Assembly: GCA_963662465.1 (NCBI GenBank)
Contig: OY759599.1
Coordinates: 6,368,001-6,432,000 of the forward strand
Direction: 5' to 3'
Source of the DNA: Desulfatiglandales bacterium
GTDB taxonomy: Bacteria; Desulfobacterota; DSM-4660; Desulfatiglandales; Desulfatiglandaceae
Length of the DNA: 64,000 nucleotides
Position numbers and translations under genes: made by a program. Of the stretch, positions 36,065 through 47,536 are shown piece by piece (position 1 is the first letter of the stretch; each line of letters opens with the position of its first letter). The notes beneath the pieces were generated by a model. That model was not told where the DNA came from. It searched no databases and saw only the letters and a list, made by a program, of their open reading frames with translations.

Positions 36065-38686
36065 GTTGTAAAGAGCTTCAAGGGCTTCCGCCAGTTTTTC
36101 CGGTTTGTTGCCCCCGCCCTGGGCCATGTCCGGTCGTCCGCCGCCTTTTCCGCCAACGATGCCGGACAATTCCCTGATAATCCGACCGGCATTAAATTGA
36201 CCCGTCAAATCTTTCGTCACGGCACATATGAGCATGACCTTGTCCTGGGCCTTGGCCCCCAGCAGGACAATGCCGGAACCGATTTTGTCTTTGATTCGAT
36301 CCACGGCCTCCCGAAGTTCTTTGGGCGTATCGGCTTCCAGTTCTCTTGCAACCACTGAAATCCCTTGTATTTTTTTGATGCCCTGAACCAGGTCCTCCGA
36401 CTTTTCCGTAAAAAGACGACCTTTCAAGGATTCAATTTCTCGCTCCTTTTCCCTGGTTTCATCCAGCAGTCGTTTAAGCCTATGGAGCAGCTGGTCTGGA
36501 GAAACTTTCAGCAGTGCGGCTGCATTTTTCAGGGTTTCATCTCGTTGTTGGTCGTATCGAAGCGCTGCTTCTCCCGTGAGCGCTTCAATGCGGCGGACAT
36601 TGGCGGCAACAGCGCTCTCACCGAGGATGCGAAAAGTACCGATATCGCCTGTTCGTTCGGCATGGGTGCCGCCGCACAATTCCAGGCTTACGTCGTTCCC
36701 AATGCCGACGAGTCTGACCTCGTCCCCGTATTTCTCTTCAAAGATGGCCATGGCCCCGGTTTTCATGGCGTCCTGCTTGCTCATGATCCGGGTGTTGAGC
36801 GCCAGATTTTCGCGGATACGGTCATTGACCCACCGTTCCACTTCCAACAGGGTCTCCGCGGAAACCTGGGTGAAATGGCTGAAGTCAAACCGAAGCCTGT
36901 CGGAAGCCACACGACTTCCTGCCTGTTTGACGTGATCCCCCAGAATTTCTCTCAGGGCCGCATGAAGCAGGTGGGTGGCGGAATGGTTGCCGGCGACCCT
37001 TATCCGCTGTTTCCGGTCCACGGCAGTCTTGACTGTGTCCCCAATCGCCAGGGCGCCTTCTTCAACCTGGCCCCGGTGGACAATAAGATCCTGGCCGTAT
37101 TTGAAGGTTTTTTCGACCCTAAATCTCGCCGTCTCCCTTGAGAGCAGGCCCATATCTCCCACCTGTCCTCCGGATTCCGCGTAAAAGGGCGTTTGATCCA
37201 GTATGACTTCCACCCAGTTGCCTGTTCCAGCCGAGGTGATCTCTTGTTGTTCGGCCACCATCGCAATGATCTTTGACTCGGTTTCAAGGGTTTCATAGCC
37301 GAGAAAGCGGCTTTTAAGACCGCGAGACAGAAAATTGCGAAAGGTCTCCGGCACCGCAGCTTCGCCGCTTCCTTTCCAGGATTCCTGGGAGAGCAAGCGT
37401 TGTTTGCCCATGGCTTTTTTGTACCCGATCAAGTCCACCTCAAGATTTTCATCCCGGGCCACATCTTCCACCAGGTCCACGGCCAGGCCGTAAGTGTCAT
37501 ACAGCTTGAAGGCAACGTCACCGGGTATGGTCCGTTCCCCTTTGTCCCGCAGCCTCCGGATTTCTTCTTCCAGAACCCTCATACTGTATTTGAGGGTGTC
37601 GGCGAACCGCCGTTCTTCGTTTTCCACAACGCCCAGGATAAAGCTCCTGGCGCCAAGGAGTTCCCCATAATCCCGGCCCATCAAATCAATCACATGGTTG
37701 CAAACGGAGCGGAGGAAAGTGTCTTCAAGGTTCAGGCCCTGGCCAAATCGGCCGGCGCGTCTGATAATGCGTCTCAACACGTATCCGCGGCCCTCGTTGG
37801 ACGGCATGATGCCATCGCCGATGAGAAAGGAAACCGCGCGTGCATGATCGGCGATGACGCGGAACGCCACATCCATTCGGTTATCGGCGCCGTAGTTTTT
37901 TTGCGACAGGGTCTCAATATGTCCGATGATGTCCCTGAATAGATCGGTGTCATAATTGCTTTTAACCCCCTGAATGACCGCTGCCAGTCGTTCCAGGCCC
38001 ATTCCCGTGTCGATATTGGGCTTTGGCAGCGGCGTGAGGGTGCCGTCAGGACTTCGGTCAAACTGCGTGAAGACCAGATTCCAGATTTCCAGGTAGCGGT
38101 CGCAGTCGCATCCCGGCGCGCAACCGGGCTGTCCGCATCCCACCGACGGTCCTTGATCAATATGAATTTCAGAACAGGGGCCGCAGGGTCCGGTGTCCCC
38201 CATGGCCCAGAAATTGTCCTTCTCCCCCAACCTTACGATTCTTTCCGCCGGCAGACCGATTTCTTTTTCCCAGATCTTATGGGCTTCGTCGTCATCCTGA
38301 TAAACGGAGACATGCAGAAGATCGGCCGGAAGTTTAAAGCCTTCCGTCAGCAGTTCCCAAGCCCAGAGAATGGCCTCTTCCTTGAAGTAATCCCCAAATG
38401 AAAAGTTTCCCAGCATTTCAAAAAACGTATGGTGCCTCGGGGTGTAACCGACGTTTTCCAGGTCGTTATGTTTTCCGCCGGCCCGCACGCATTTTTGGGC
38501 CGTGGTCGCTCTGGTGTAACCGGGCTTGTCTTCACCTAAGAAGGCGCCTTTGAACTGGACCATGCCGGCATTGGTAAAGAGCAGGGTTGGATCATCCCTG
38601 GGGATTAGGGATGAACTTTCTACAATTTGGTGGCCGTGTTTGCTGAAATAATCCAGAAACTGTTTCCTGATTTCCCTGAAATTCAT
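36053..38686 (-). CDS. alaS: Alanine--tRNA ligase
   Basis: FTNAGM, HHTFFEMLGN, DTGMGLER, ELCGGTH, GGKGGG. Confidence 0.97.
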   Translation of the reverse strand: MNFREIRKQFLDYFSKHGHQIVESSSLIPRDDPTLLFTNAGMVQFKGAFLGEDKPGYTRATTAQKCVRAGGKHNDLENVGYTPRHHTFFEMLGNFSFGDYFKEEAILWAWELLTEGFKLPADLLHVSVYQDDDEAHKIWEKEIGLPAERIVRLGEKDNFWAMGDTGPCGPCSEIHIDQGPSVGCGQPGCAPGCDCDRYLEIWNLVFTQFDRSPDGTLTPLPKPNIDTGMGLERLAAVIQGVKSNYDTDLFRDIIGHIETLSQKNYGADNRMDVAFRVIADHARAVSFLIGDGIMPSNEGRGYVLRRIIRRAGRFGQGLNLEDTFLRSVCNHVIDLMGRDYGELLGARSFILGVVENEERRFADTLKYSMRVLEEEIRRLRDKGERTIPGDVAFKLYDTYGLAVDLVEDVARDENLEVDLIGYKKAMGKQRLLSQESWKGSGEAAVPETFRNFLSRGLKSRFLGYETLETESKIIAMVAEQQEITSAGTGNWVEVILDQTPFYAESGGQVGDMGLLSRETARFRVEKTFKYGQDLIVHRGQVEEGALAIGDTVKTAVDRKQRIRVAGNHSATHLLHAALREILGDHVKQAGSRVASDRLRFDFSHFTQVSAETLLEVERWVNDRIRENLALNTRIMSKQDAMKTGAMAIFEEKYGDEVRLVGIGNDVSLELCGGTHAERTGDIGTFRILGESAVAANVRRIEALTGEAALRYDQQRDETLKNAAALLKVSPDQLLHRLKRLLDETREKEREIESLKGRLFTEKSEDLVQGIKKIQGISVVARELEADTPKELREAVDRIKDKIGSGIVLLGAKAQDKVMLICAVTKDLTGQFNAGRIIRELSGIVGGKGGGRPDMAQGGGNKPEKLAEALEALYNLLV

Positions 38687-39759
38687 TATGTCTCCTGTGT
38701 TTTTTCTTCGACCGTTTCGCCCGATTTTTTATCGGTTTCTTCCGGGTCTTTTTTAAGCCCCGTTTTACGAAGAATCAGATCCTTAATTTTGTCTCTGATA
38801 TCCGTGTTTTCCGCCAGAAAGCGTTTTACATTTTGCCGGCCCTGGCCGATACGGTCGTCCTGAAAGGAATACCATGCGCCGCTTTTCTCCACGATCTCTA
38901 AAGATACGCCCAGATCGAGAATATCCCCTTCTTTTGAAATGCCTTCTCCATAAATGATGTCAAATTCCGCTTCCTTGAAGGGCGGGGCCACCTTGTTTTT
39001 CACCACCTTAACCCGGGTACGGTTTCCCACTACCTGATCGCCGTCTTTCAAGGCGCCGATCCGCCTGATGTCAAGGCGTTGGCTGGCATAGAATTTCAGT
39101 GCGTTGCCGCCCGTGGTGGTTTCGGGATTTCCAAACATGACGCCGATTTTCATGCGGATTTGGTTGATAAAAATGACGGAGGTTCTGGATTTGCTGATGG
39201 TTCCGGTGAGTTTTCGAAGGGCCTGGCTCATGAGCCTGGCTTGAAGACCCACATGGTGGTCGCCCATTTCCCCTTCAATCTCGGCTTTTGGCACCAGGGC
39301 GGCCACTGAATCGATAATGAGTACATCAATGGCGCCGCTCCGTACCAGGATTTCCGTGATATCCAATGCTTGTTCTCCCGTGTCCGGTTGGGAAACCAGC
39401 AGATTGTCCACATCCACCCCAAGCTTCCTGGCATACACCACGTCGAGAGCGTGTTCCGCATCCACAAAGGCCACCATGCCGCCCTTGGCCTGGGCTTCCG
39501 CCGCGACATGGAGCGCCAGGGTGGTTTTGCCGGAGGATTCCGGTCCATAAATCTCAATGACTCTGCCCCTGGGCACCCCGCCGACCCCAAGGGCCAGATC
39601 CAGGGTTAGAGATCCCGTGGATATCGCGGGGATATCGATGGCTTTACTGTCCCCCATCTTCATGATAGATCCCCGACCAAACTGTTTTTCTATTTGGGAA
39701 ATGGCTTGATCAACCGCTTTTTCTCTATCCATTTGTCTCCCCTCTGTTACCTTTGGCAA
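38686..39759 (-). CDS. recA: Recombinase RecA
   Basis: [29 protein letters not shown]. Confidence 0.97.
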   Translation of the reverse strand: MPKVTEGRQMDREKAVDQAISQIEKQFGRGSIMKMGDSKAIDIPAISTGSLTLDLALGVGGVPRGRVIEIYGPESSGKTTLALHVAAEAQAKGGMVAFVDAEHALDVVYARKLGVDVDNLLVSQPDTGEQALDITEILVRSGAIDVLIIDSVAALVPKAEIEGEMGDHHVGLQARLMSQALRKLTGTISKSRTSVIFINQIRMKIGVMFGNPETTTGGNALKFYASQRLDIRRIGALKDGDQVVGNRTRVKVVKNKVAPPFKEAEFDIIYGEGISKEGDILDLGVSLEIVEKSGAWYSFQDDRIGQGRQNVKRFLAENTDIRDKIKDLILRKTGLKKDPEETDKKSGETVEEKTQET

Positions 39760-39772
39760 TGGTTCACTCCCT

Positions 39773-40363
39773 TTACAGGTTTAAAGATTTCCCAAACTCT
39801 CCCAGAGGCCAGGCATCCAACTTTGTGTAGATGGCGCCTCGGGGTGTGAGATCGCTCTTAAAAAGTACCAGCCCCCCCAGGGGGCAGGTTGGACCCTCCA
39901 GGTCTGCATATTCCGAGATCATATGATCCAAATGGGGCCAGGGCCGGGCATCCCTTTTGAATCGCCCCAGGGTCAAATGCGGCTTGAAAGACCTTTTTTC
40001 AGTTTTGATCCCAAAGGGTTTCAGGGTTTTTTGGAGTGCGTCCCTGAAACGCTCCATCCGATGAACATCCCCGCCAAGACCCATCCAGAGAACCCGTGGA
40101 TTGCGTCGATTGCCAAAAAACCCCAATTTTTCGATGGTTACAGTGAACCCTTCGTACTTGGCACAGACCTTTTTGACCGCTTTTCCAATGGGCGCTATCT
40201 GTTCCTCGGAAATATTCCCCATAAAAATTATGGTCAGGTGAATATTAGCCGGTTTCACCCATCGCACGTCCAGGGGCAACTCTTTTCCTGCTCGTGAAAC
40301 CTTTGAAATGATCGTTTTGATGTCAGGGGGCAGTTCAAATGCCAGGAATGAACGGATCTCCAT
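39773..40363 (-). CDS. thpR: RNA 2',3'-cyclic phosphodiesterase
   Basis: Two HLT motifs. Confidence 0.9.
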   Translation of the reverse strand: MEIRSFLAFELPPDIKTIISKVSRAGKELPLDVRWVKPANIHLTIIFMGNISEEQIAPIGKAVKKVCAKYEGFTVTIEKLGFFGNRRNPRVLWMGLGGDVHRMERFRDALQKTLKPFGIKTEKRSFKPHLTLGRFKRDARPWPHLDHMISEYADLEGPTCPLGGLVLFKSDLTPRGAIYTKLDAWPLGEFGKSLNL

Positions 40364-41591
40364 TAAGATACCTGCGAACCCAGTCCAGGGCCATCATGGC
40401 GCTGTTCAACTTCACCTGTTTCCTTTTTCCCCAGAACCGGTATTTTTCCGTAAAAGTCTCTTTTTCGCAACAAAGGCCCACATGAACCGTCCCGACGGGT
40501 TTGTCCCTGCTTCCCCCGTCAGGCCCGGCAATTCCGGTTACGGCCAGACCCAGGTCCGTATGCATGCATGCCCGCACCCCTATTGCCATTTCACGGGCCG
40601 TTTCAGCGCTGACCGCGCCATGGGTTTCAATGGTTTTGGGCGAAACTCCCAGTAAATCCACTTTTGCCTCATTGCTGTAAGAGATCACGCCGCCTTGAAA
40701 ATACCCTGAACTGCCCGCAACATCCGTCAATCGGTTTCCGATGAGCCCGCCAGTACAGGATTCCGCGACACCGAGGGTTTTGCCGGTTTTCAACAGCATT
40801 TTGCTCACAACTTCTTCCATTTCACGGCTGTCATTGGTGAAAATATAAGGGCCGACCATTTCGCTAATGGTTTTTTCGACCTGATCCAGCGTTTTTGAAA
40901 TGGTGGGCTCGTCTTTACCCCGTAAGCTGATGGTAATGTGGTTTTCAGGAAAATGGGGGTAGAATCCCAGAACCACTTCACCGATCTGTTCCTGCAAAGA
41001 TCTGAATATTTCAGCAATGCGTGGCTCATTAAGACCGTACAGCTTCATGATCCGCTGTCTCATGACCGGAAGCGTCTCATAGCGGCCCAGGATATCGGGT
41101 AGAACAAACGTGTTGATAAGGTAGCGCGTCTGGTCGGGAACGCCGGGGAGAAAATAGAAATTAACGCCCCGTTCCACAAGGGAAAAGCCGCAGGTCGCCC
41201 CCTTTGGATTAATCATCCTGGCCCCCTCAGGCATTAGCGCCATCTTTTTGAGGGGGTCCGTCATCTCAATTTTGCGTACCCGTGCGTATTGCTCGATTTT
41301 TTCCAACATCTGATCATCGAGACAAAGGGGGCGGTCAAGGGCATCGGCGGCAATCTCACAGGTCATGTCATCGGTCGTGGACCCCAATCCCCCGGTGACG
41401 ATGACAAAGCGGGAAGATGCCAGTGCGTTTTTGAGCGCATCGGCGGTTCTTTGTTTATCATCGCCCACGGATGTGACGCGAATCACTTTCAGGCCGGATG
41501 CGGTTAATCTGCCCGCGGCATACCAGGAATTCAGGTCCTGAGTCCTTCCGGAAACCAGTTCGTTTCCGATGGTGATGATTTCTCCGTGCAT
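40335..41591 (-). CDS. cinA: CinA (MoCF domain + PncC)
   Basis: IGNEL..G, TGGLG, AESCTGG, HGAVS, TGIAGP. Confidence 0.92.
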   Translation of the reverse strand: MHGEIITIGNELVSGRTQDLNSWYAAGRLTASGLKVIRVTSVGDDKQRTADALKNALASSRFVIVTGGLGSTTDDMTCEIAADALDRPLCLDDQMLEKIEQYARVRKIEMTDPLKKMALMPEGARMINPKGATCGFSLVERGVNFYFLPGVPDQTRYLINTFVLPDILGRYETLPVMRQRIMKLYGLNEPRIAEIFRSLQEQIGEVVLGFYPHFPENHITISLRGKDEPTISKTLDQVEKTISEMVGPYIFTNDSREMEEVVSKMLLKTGKTLGVAESCTGGLIGNRLTDVAGSSGYFQGGVISYSNEAKVDLLGVSPKTIETHGAVSAETAREMAIGVRACMHTDLGLAVTGIAGPDGGSRDKPVGTVHVGLCCEKETFTEKYRFWGKRKQVKLNSAMMALDWVRRYLNGDPFIPGI

Positions 41592-41603
41592 TGTTTTCCT
41601 ATT

Positions 41604-41636
41604 TTAGCTATTAGCTTTTAGCCATTAGCTATTAGC
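41604..41636. repeat. Degenerate TTAGCYW heptamer repeats
   Basis: tttagctattagcttttagccattagctattagc. Confidence 0.7.
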
Positions 41637-41649
41637 AAAAAACAAAAAG

Positions 41650-42138
41650 TCAAAAAGAGGCAAAGCAAAGGATAAATCTTAAACTCAAATTCGCATACAG
41701 CCCGGCCACCAGATCGTCCAGCACAATTCCCAGTCCCCCGTGGAGTCTTTCCGCCGCTTTTGCGGGCCATGGCTTCCAGATGTCAAAAATTCGAAACAGA
41801 ACAAAACCCACGGTCAGCGTTCCCCATGAAAGGGGAATCAGCAGCATGGTTAGCAGAAAACCTGCCACCTCATCAATCACCACTTCCGACGGGTCCACTC
41901 TTTCCAGAAGGTTCTGAACAACCTGTGACGCCCAAATGGCCACAAGGGTGATGATGATCAGGAGCAGGGCCCTGGCCAAGGGGGAGAGAATCGCCGACAG
42001 TGCCGCCAGAGGCACGGCCGCCAGGGTGCCGAAAGTTCCGGGCGCCATCGGGGATAGTCCGGCGCCAAACCATATGCCCAGAAGCAAGGCTGTTTTTCCG
42101 TAAACGCCGGCCTTCCTGAAAACCATCAGTGGCGTCAT
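41650..42138 (-). CDS. pgpA: Phosphatidylglycerophosphatase A
   Basis: APGTFGT, DPSEVVIDE, FRIFDIWKPWP, GGLGIVLDD. Confidence 0.92.
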   Translation of the reverse strand: MTPLMVFRKAGVYGKTALLLGIWFGAGLSPMAPGTFGTLAAVPLAALSAILSPLARALLLIIITLVAIWASQVVQNLLERVDPSEVVIDEVAGFLLTMLLIPLSWGTLTVGFVLFRIFDIWKPWPAKAAERLHGGLGIVLDDLVAGLYANLSLRFILCFASF

Positions 42139-42176
42139 TTGTTCAGATCCGGTCTTTTGCAAACCCAAACCCTCTT

Positions 42177-43370
42177 TCACCCTTTCCGGTTCAGGGCGGT
42201 TATCCACTGATAGACGTCACGTAATGGAATCCGGTTTTTCAAGGCGATTTCCCGGCAAACGTCATATTCCGGTATCAGTCGGGGCGATTCACCCTGAATT
42301 TCCACGCGCTTGACGCGTATATTTCCCCAGGGACTTTCTACCTCTTCAGGGTTCCGGTCAAGGACCATCCTCCGGCTGTAACGAAAACGGATGCCTAGTG
42401 TGGTGGTTTCCCGAACCATGATGTCCATCAGCAGGTCTTTTTGATCCGGCCTTCCCATCACCTGAACCTGCACCCCGGGGCGATTTTTCTTCATCTGGAT
42501 GGGTGCGAAAACCACATCCAGGGCGCCCGCATCGAACAAACGCTCCATGAGGTAGCCTAAGCATTCCGGGTGCATGTCATCCAGGTTTGTTTCAAGGAGA
42601 ACCACCGTATCCGTTTTCTTTTCATGGCCATGGCCATGGCCATGGCCAATGATAATGCGAAGCAGATTGGGGCGATCCGGCAATTCCCGCGAGCCGACGC
42701 CGTAGCCGACGGTTTGGACCACCATGGACGGCATGGGGCCAAAGGCTTCAGCCAGTCCGGTTGCCAGGGCCGCGCCGGTGGGAGTTACCATCTCCTGCCG
42801 AACGCCTGAATTCAATACCGGGACGCCCTTTAGCAACGCCAGGGTGGCCGGCGCGGGAACGGGAATCCTGCCATGGGCGGTGTTGACAAATCCCGATCCC
42901 AGGGGAAGGGCTGAAACCAGCAGACGTTTGATCTCCAGGCATTCAAGGGCGTACACCGTGCCGACAATGTCAATGATAGAATCAACGGCCCCGACTTCAT
43001 GGAAATGGACCTGCTCCGGCGGCAGGCCATGGATGTGGCCTTCGATCCGGGCCAGAGATTCAAAAATCGCCATTGATTTTTGTTTGACCGAATCGGACAA
43101 GTCTCCCTGGCCTATGATTTTACGTATGTCTTCCAGTCCTCTTTTTTTGTGCCCACCTTTTTTGTCATGATGCTCCCGCAAATGAACCTGAAACCGTGAT
43201 CCGGAGATTAGATTCCTTGATTCTCGCTTTAATCCAAGTTCATACCCATGAAAGGGCAAGGTATGCAGGCATTCTTTCAATCGATCGAAGGAGAGCCCCG
43301 CGTCCAGCAAAGCCCCCAGGAACATGTCCCCGCTCAGGCCGGAAAAGCAATCCAGATAGGCTGTTTTCAT
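42177..43370 (-). CDS. larC: Nickel pincer cofactor biosynthesis protein LarC
   Basis: SGDMFLGAL, HFHEVGA.DS, PAPAT, TPTGAA, ETNLDD, MKKNRP. Confidence 0.9.
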   Translation of the reverse strand: MKTAYLDCFSGLSGDMFLGALLDAGLSFDRLKECLHTLPFHGYELGLKRESRNLISGSRFQVHLREHHDKKGGHKKRGLEDIRKIIGQGDLSDSVKQKSMAIFESLARIEGHIHGLPPEQVHFHEVGAVDSIIDIVGTVYALECLEIKRLLVSALPLGSGFVNTAHGRIPVPAPATLALLKGVPVLNSGVRQEMVTPTGAALATGLAEAFGPMPSMVVQTVGYGVGSRELPDRPNLLRIIIGHGHGHGHEKKTDTVVLLETNLDDMHPECLGYLMERLFDAGALDVVFAPIQMKKNRPGVQVQVMGRPDQKDLLMDIMVRETTTLGIRFRYSRRMVLDRNPEEVESPWGNIRVKRVEIQGESPRLIPEYDVCREIALKNRIPLRDVYQWITALNRKG

Positions 43371-43402
43371 AAAACACTCAAAAAAAGAAGGACCAGAACC
43401 AC

Positions 43403-43432
43403 AAAAAGCCCTGCCGGCAGGGCAGGGCTTTT
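43403..43432 (-). terminator. Rho-independent terminator
   Basis: AAAAGCCCTGCC / GGCAGGGCTTTT stem downstream of the Fe-S gene. Confidence 0.7.
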
Positions 43433-43451
43433 GATCTCAAAAAACGGATGG

Positions 43452-44600
43452 CTACAGCGCCTCGGCAATGAGTTCGGAGATGTCCTTGATTTCGATCTCA
43501 TCTTCCTTGTTGACGGTTTTGCGGCTATCCTCCAGCATGGAGATGCAGTAGGGGCATGCCGTGGCCAAGATGGTGGCGCCCGTTTCAATGGCCTCGTGTA
43601 TTCTCAGGTCGGAAAAACGCCATTCAGTGGGCGTTTCCATCCAAAGGCGCCCACCGCCGGCGCCGCAGCACAGGCTCTTGCTTCGATTTCGTTTCATTTC
43701 CACCAGGTTTCCGCCCGTGGCGGCATTGATCAATGCACGGGGCTCGTCATACACCTCGCTGTGCCGGCCCAGATAGCAGGGATCATGGTAGGTGACTTTT
43801 TTATCAATGGTTCCTGACAGGGTCAACGTTCCATTTTCAATGAGTTCCGCCAGGAGTTGGGTATAATGAACCACCTCGAATTCTCCGCCGAACTCCGGAT
43901 ATTCCTGGGTATAGGTGTAATAACAATGGGGTGAAGTGGTGATAATTTTTTTGACGCCTTTGCCCTGATACAGTTTGATGTTTTTCTGCGCCATGTTCAT
44001 GAAGAGGTCTTCATCGCCGATTTTTCGAACCGATTCCGCACAGCAGCTCTCTTCTTCCCCGATGACCCCGAAACTGACGCCGGCGGCTTTGAGTGCCTTG
44101 ACCATGGCTTGGGCAATTTTCTGACTTCTGGGATCATAGGCGGAGGTGCAGCAGACAAACAGCAGATACTCCGTGTTTTCATCAAATACCGGTACATCCA
44201 GACCTTCCATCCAGGCGGTCCTTTTTTCCCTGGGCTCGGACCAGGGGTTTCCATTGCTGCGCACGCTTCCCGTGGCGGTCTTCAATACCCCGGGAATGGT
44301 GCCCGCCTCAGCCATCATGCCTCGCATGGCTTTGACCACATCGATGATGTTGACGCCCCTGGGGCATTTTAAAACGCAGGTGTTGCAAGTGGTGCATCCG
44401 TAAAGAATGTCATCCGATTCATACCCTTCAACGCCCAATTGGGCCATGCGGATCAACTTTCGAATATTAAAAGGACCGTCAACAATACGCCAGGGGCACG
44501 ATCCCGCGCACATGCCGCACTGCATGCAAAGGTTCAGGTTTTCCGCGCCCATGGCGACGAGGGCCTCGTTAACTTCATAAAATGGGGTTAGCGCTTCCAT
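43452..44600 (-). CDS. HdrD/GlpC-like Fe-S oxidoreductase
   Basis: Two CxxCxxCxxxCP motifs, YHDPCYLGR, CCGAGGG, TACPYC. Confidence 0.85.
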   Translation of the reverse strand: MEALTPFYEVNEALVAMGAENLNLCMQCGMCAGSCPWRIVDGPFNIRKLIRMAQLGVEGYESDDILYGCTTCNTCVLKCPRGVNIIDVVKAMRGMMAEAGTIPGVLKTATGSVRSNGNPWSEPREKRTAWMEGLDVPVFDENTEYLLFVCCTSAYDPRSQKIAQAMVKALKAAGVSFGVIGEEESCCAESVRKIGDEDLFMNMAQKNIKLYQGKGVKKIITTSPHCYYTYTQEYPEFGGEFEVVHYTQLLAELIENGTLTLSGTIDKKVTYHDPCYLGRHSEVYDEPRALINAATGGNLVEMKRNRSKSLCCGAGGGRLWMETPTEWRFSDLRIHEAIETGATILATACPYCISMLEDSRKTVNKEDEIEIKDISELIAEAL

Positions 44601-44932
44601 TATAAGGTACTCCTTTCACCAAGAAATTATAGCATTCAACTCTTCAAGAAAGAATGGGATCAAAACAATCGGATTTTTTTAGCAAATGCAAGTATTGATG
44701 TCAACAGGGGAATGACTTCCATTGTAAATGTTTATGGTTTACGGTTGTTGGTTCGCGGTTGAAAAAACGGTGAACCTTGACATGTCTCTTTATGAAGCTT
44801 AACGTAGTGAATGTTTACGCAAATTGTTTTAAAATCCCCTTAAAAAGGATTGTTGAAACGATTTATATGAATTATAAATAACATTGTAAAGAAAAATTAC
44901 CCTTTTCAAAATCTTTCCAAGGGAGGAATTTG

Positions 44933-47518
44933 ATGATGAGATTTGATAAATTTACGTTGAAAGCACAGGAAACCATCCAAAATGCGCAGCAGTTGGCTGA
45001 GCGATTCGGGCATCAGCAGATGGAACCCGAACATATTGTCAGGGCCATTCTGGACCAGAAGGAAGGGGTTATTCCCCCCTTGCTGGGAAAAATCGGCGCG
45101 GATCGGAATCAATTGGCAAGCGCTTTTGAGGCGGCACTCGAAAAACTGCCCAAGGTATCGGGTGGCGGCTATGGTCAGGCTTACCTTTCTCAACGGGCCA
45201 AGGCCATGCTGGACCGTGCGTTTGCGGAAGCGGAGCAGGTCAAGGATAAGTTCGTGAGCCTTGAGCATATTCTGCTGGCGGCTTTGGAGGAAAAACAGGG
45301 TGAGGCAGCCCGTCTGCTGGCGGCCGCGGGGGTAACCCGCGATGCTGTTTTGAAGGCGCTGGTGGACATTCGAGGCGGGCAAAGCATTACGGATCAGAAC
45401 CCTGAAGATAAATATCAGGCTCTTGAACGGTTCTGCACGGACCTGACGGATATTGCTTCAAAGGGAAAGCTGGACCCGGTCATCGGCAGGGATGATGAAA
45501 TTCGAAGGATTATACAGGTCTTGAGCCGAAGGACCAAGAACAATCCCGTGCTGATCGGAGAACCCGGAGTGGGAAAGACCGCCATCGTGGAAGGGCTTGC
45601 CCAGCGCATCATTCAGGGTGATGTCCCTGAAACCCTGAAGGACAAAAGGGTGGTGGCCCTGGATATGGGCGCCCTCATCGCCGGGGCCAAGTATCGGGGG
45701 GAATTCGAGGACCGCCTCAAAGCCGTCCTCAAGGAAGTGACCGATGCCGAGGGACAGATTGTTCTTTTCATCGACGAAATGCACACCCTGGTGGGTGCGG
45801 GCGCCGCCGAAGGGGCCGTGGATGCCTCCAACATGTTGAAACCGGCCTTGGCCCGGGGGGAACTGAGATGCGTGGGCGCCACCACCATCAAGGAATACCG
45901 GAAATATATTGAAAAGGATGCGGCATTTGAACGGCGGTTCCAGCCGATTATGGTCGAAGAACCCACCGTGGAAGATACCATCAGCATCCTTCGGGGGTTG
46001 AAAGAAAAATATGAAGTCCATCACGGGGTTCGGATCAAGGATTCCGCTTTGGTTGCGGCGGCAACCCTTAGCAATCGGTATATTACGGACCGTTTTCTTC
46101 CGGATAAGGCCATTGATTTGATTGATGAGGCCACCAGTCGGCTGCGCATTGAAATTGACAGCATGCCTGCCGAGATCGATAACATTTCGCGAAAAATTAC
46201 GCAGCTCGAAATTGAAAAGGAGGCGCTGAAAAAAGAGCGGGACCAGGCTTCCAAGGATCGGTTGAGCAAGATAAAGGATGAGCTGAAAGATTTGAAATCC
46301 CAGACCGGGGAGATGACAAAGCACTGGAAAAAAGAGAAAGAAGCCATCCACAAAATCCGGAGCATCAAGGAGCAGATGGAAAAAACAAGGTCCGAGGCCC
46401 AGATTGCGGAACGGGAAGGGGACCTCGCCCGGGCAGCCCAATTGAAATATGGAAGTCTCACGGAGCTGGAGAAGACCCTGGAAGAAGAGAATAAAAATTT
46501 TGAGGTGCTTCAGAGCGGGCAAAAAATGCTTAAGGAAGAAGTGGACAGTGAAGATATTGCCGAGGTAGTGGCGAAATGGACCGGAATCCCCATATCGCGA
46601 ATGATGGAGGGAGAAAAGGAAAAACTGCTGAAGATGGAGGAAAGGCTTTCAAGGCGGGTCGTTGGTCAGCAAAAAGCCATCGATGCCGTGGCCAATGCGG
46701 TGCGTCGTGCCCGTTCCGGGCTTCAGGACCCCAATCGACCCATTGGATCCTTCATTTTTCTGGGACCCACCGGTGTGGGCAAAACGGAACTGGCGCGAAC
46801 CCTGGCGCAGTTTCTCTTTGACGACGAACAGTACATGGTTCGCGTGGATATGAGCGAATACATGGAAAAGCACTCGGTGGCGAGATTGATCGGAGCGCCT
46901 CCAGGTTATGTGGGGTATGAAGAGGGGGGGTATCTGACTGAGGCCATTCGAAGGCATCCCTACTCAGTGGTCCTGTTTGATGAAATCGAAAAGGCCCATC
47001 CGGATGTGTTTAACGCCCTGCTTCAGATCTTAGACGATGGGCGTATGACTGACGGCAAGGGCCGGACCGTGGACTTCAAAAACACCGTGCTGATTATGAC
47101 TTCCAACGTAGGCAGTCAGATCATTCAGGAGATGCAGGGAAAAAGCGGCCAGGATATGGAAAAGGCGGTTCTGGAAGTCCTGCGGGCCACTTTCAAGCCG
47201 GAGTTTTTAAACCGCATCGATGAAATCGTTACCTTTAATGCGCTGGGGCAAGCGGAGATCCGGAAAATCGTGGGGATCCAGATCGGTTTTCTGGATAAAC
47301 GCCTTGAAGGCAACAAAATTAAGCTGACGTTGACGGATGCGGCCGAAGCATTCCTGGCCGAAACCGGTTTTGACCCTGTTTACGGCGCAAGGCCATTGAA
47401 GCGGGCCATTCAACATTATATCCAGGATCCGCTGGCCATGAAAATTCTCGAAGGGTCGGTAAAAGAAGGGGATCATATCGCCGTGGATATGAAGGACGGA
47501 AAGATCGTTTTTGAGTAA
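44933..47518 (+). CDS. clpB: ATP-dependent chaperone ClpB
   Basis: Two Walker A motifs (GVGKT) and a long coiled-coil middle domain. Confidence 0.95.
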   Translation: MMRFDKFTLKAQETIQNAQQLAERFGHQQMEPEHIVRAILDQKEGVIPPLLGKIGADRNQLASAFEAALEKLPKVSGGGYGQAYLSQRAKAMLDRAFAEAEQVKDKFVSLEHILLAALEEKQGEAARLLAAAGVTRDAVLKALVDIRGGQSITDQNPEDKYQALERFCTDLTDIASKGKLDPVIGRDDEIRRIIQVLSRRTKNNPVLIGEPGVGKTAIVEGLAQRIIQGDVPETLKDKRVVALDMGALIAGAKYRGEFEDRLKAVLKEVTDAEGQIVLFIDEMHTLVGAGAAEGAVDASNMLKPALARGELRCVGATTIKEYRKYIEKDAAFERRFQPIMVEEPTVEDTISILRGLKEKYEVHHGVRIKDSALVAAATLSNRYITDRFLPDKAIDLIDEATSRLRIEIDSMPAEIDNISRKITQLEIEKEALKKERDQASKDRLSKIKDELKDLKSQTGEMTKHWKKEKEAIHKIRSIKEQMEKTRSEAQIAEREGDLARAAQLKYGSLTELEKTLEEENKNFEVLQSGQKMLKEEVDSEDIAEVVAKWTGIPISRMMEGEKEKLLKMEERLSRRVVGQQKAIDAVANAVRRARSGLQDPNRPIGSFIFLGPTGVGKTELARTLAQFLFDDEQYMVRVDMSEYMEKHSVARLIGAPPGYVGYEEGGYLTEAIRRHPYSVVLFDEIEKAHPDVFNALLQILDDGRMTDGKGRTVDFKNTVLIMTSNVGSQIIQEMQGKSGQDMEKAVLEVLRATFKPEFLNRIDEIVTFNALGQAEIRKIVGIQIGFLDKRLEGNKIKLTLTDAAEAFLAETGFDPVYGARPLKRAIQHYIQDPLAMKILEGSVKEGDHIAVDMKDGKIVFE

Positions 47519-47536
47519 AGTCATAGGACTTAAGCC

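Noticed and set aside
44600..44930. CIRCE element upstream of clpB
   Set aside because: No TTAGCACTC-N9-GAGTGCTAA match.
45458..46522. Long antisense ORFs (354 aa within clpB; similar ones within alaS and batD)
   Set aside because: They are shadow frames of well-conserved genes with no motifs of their own.
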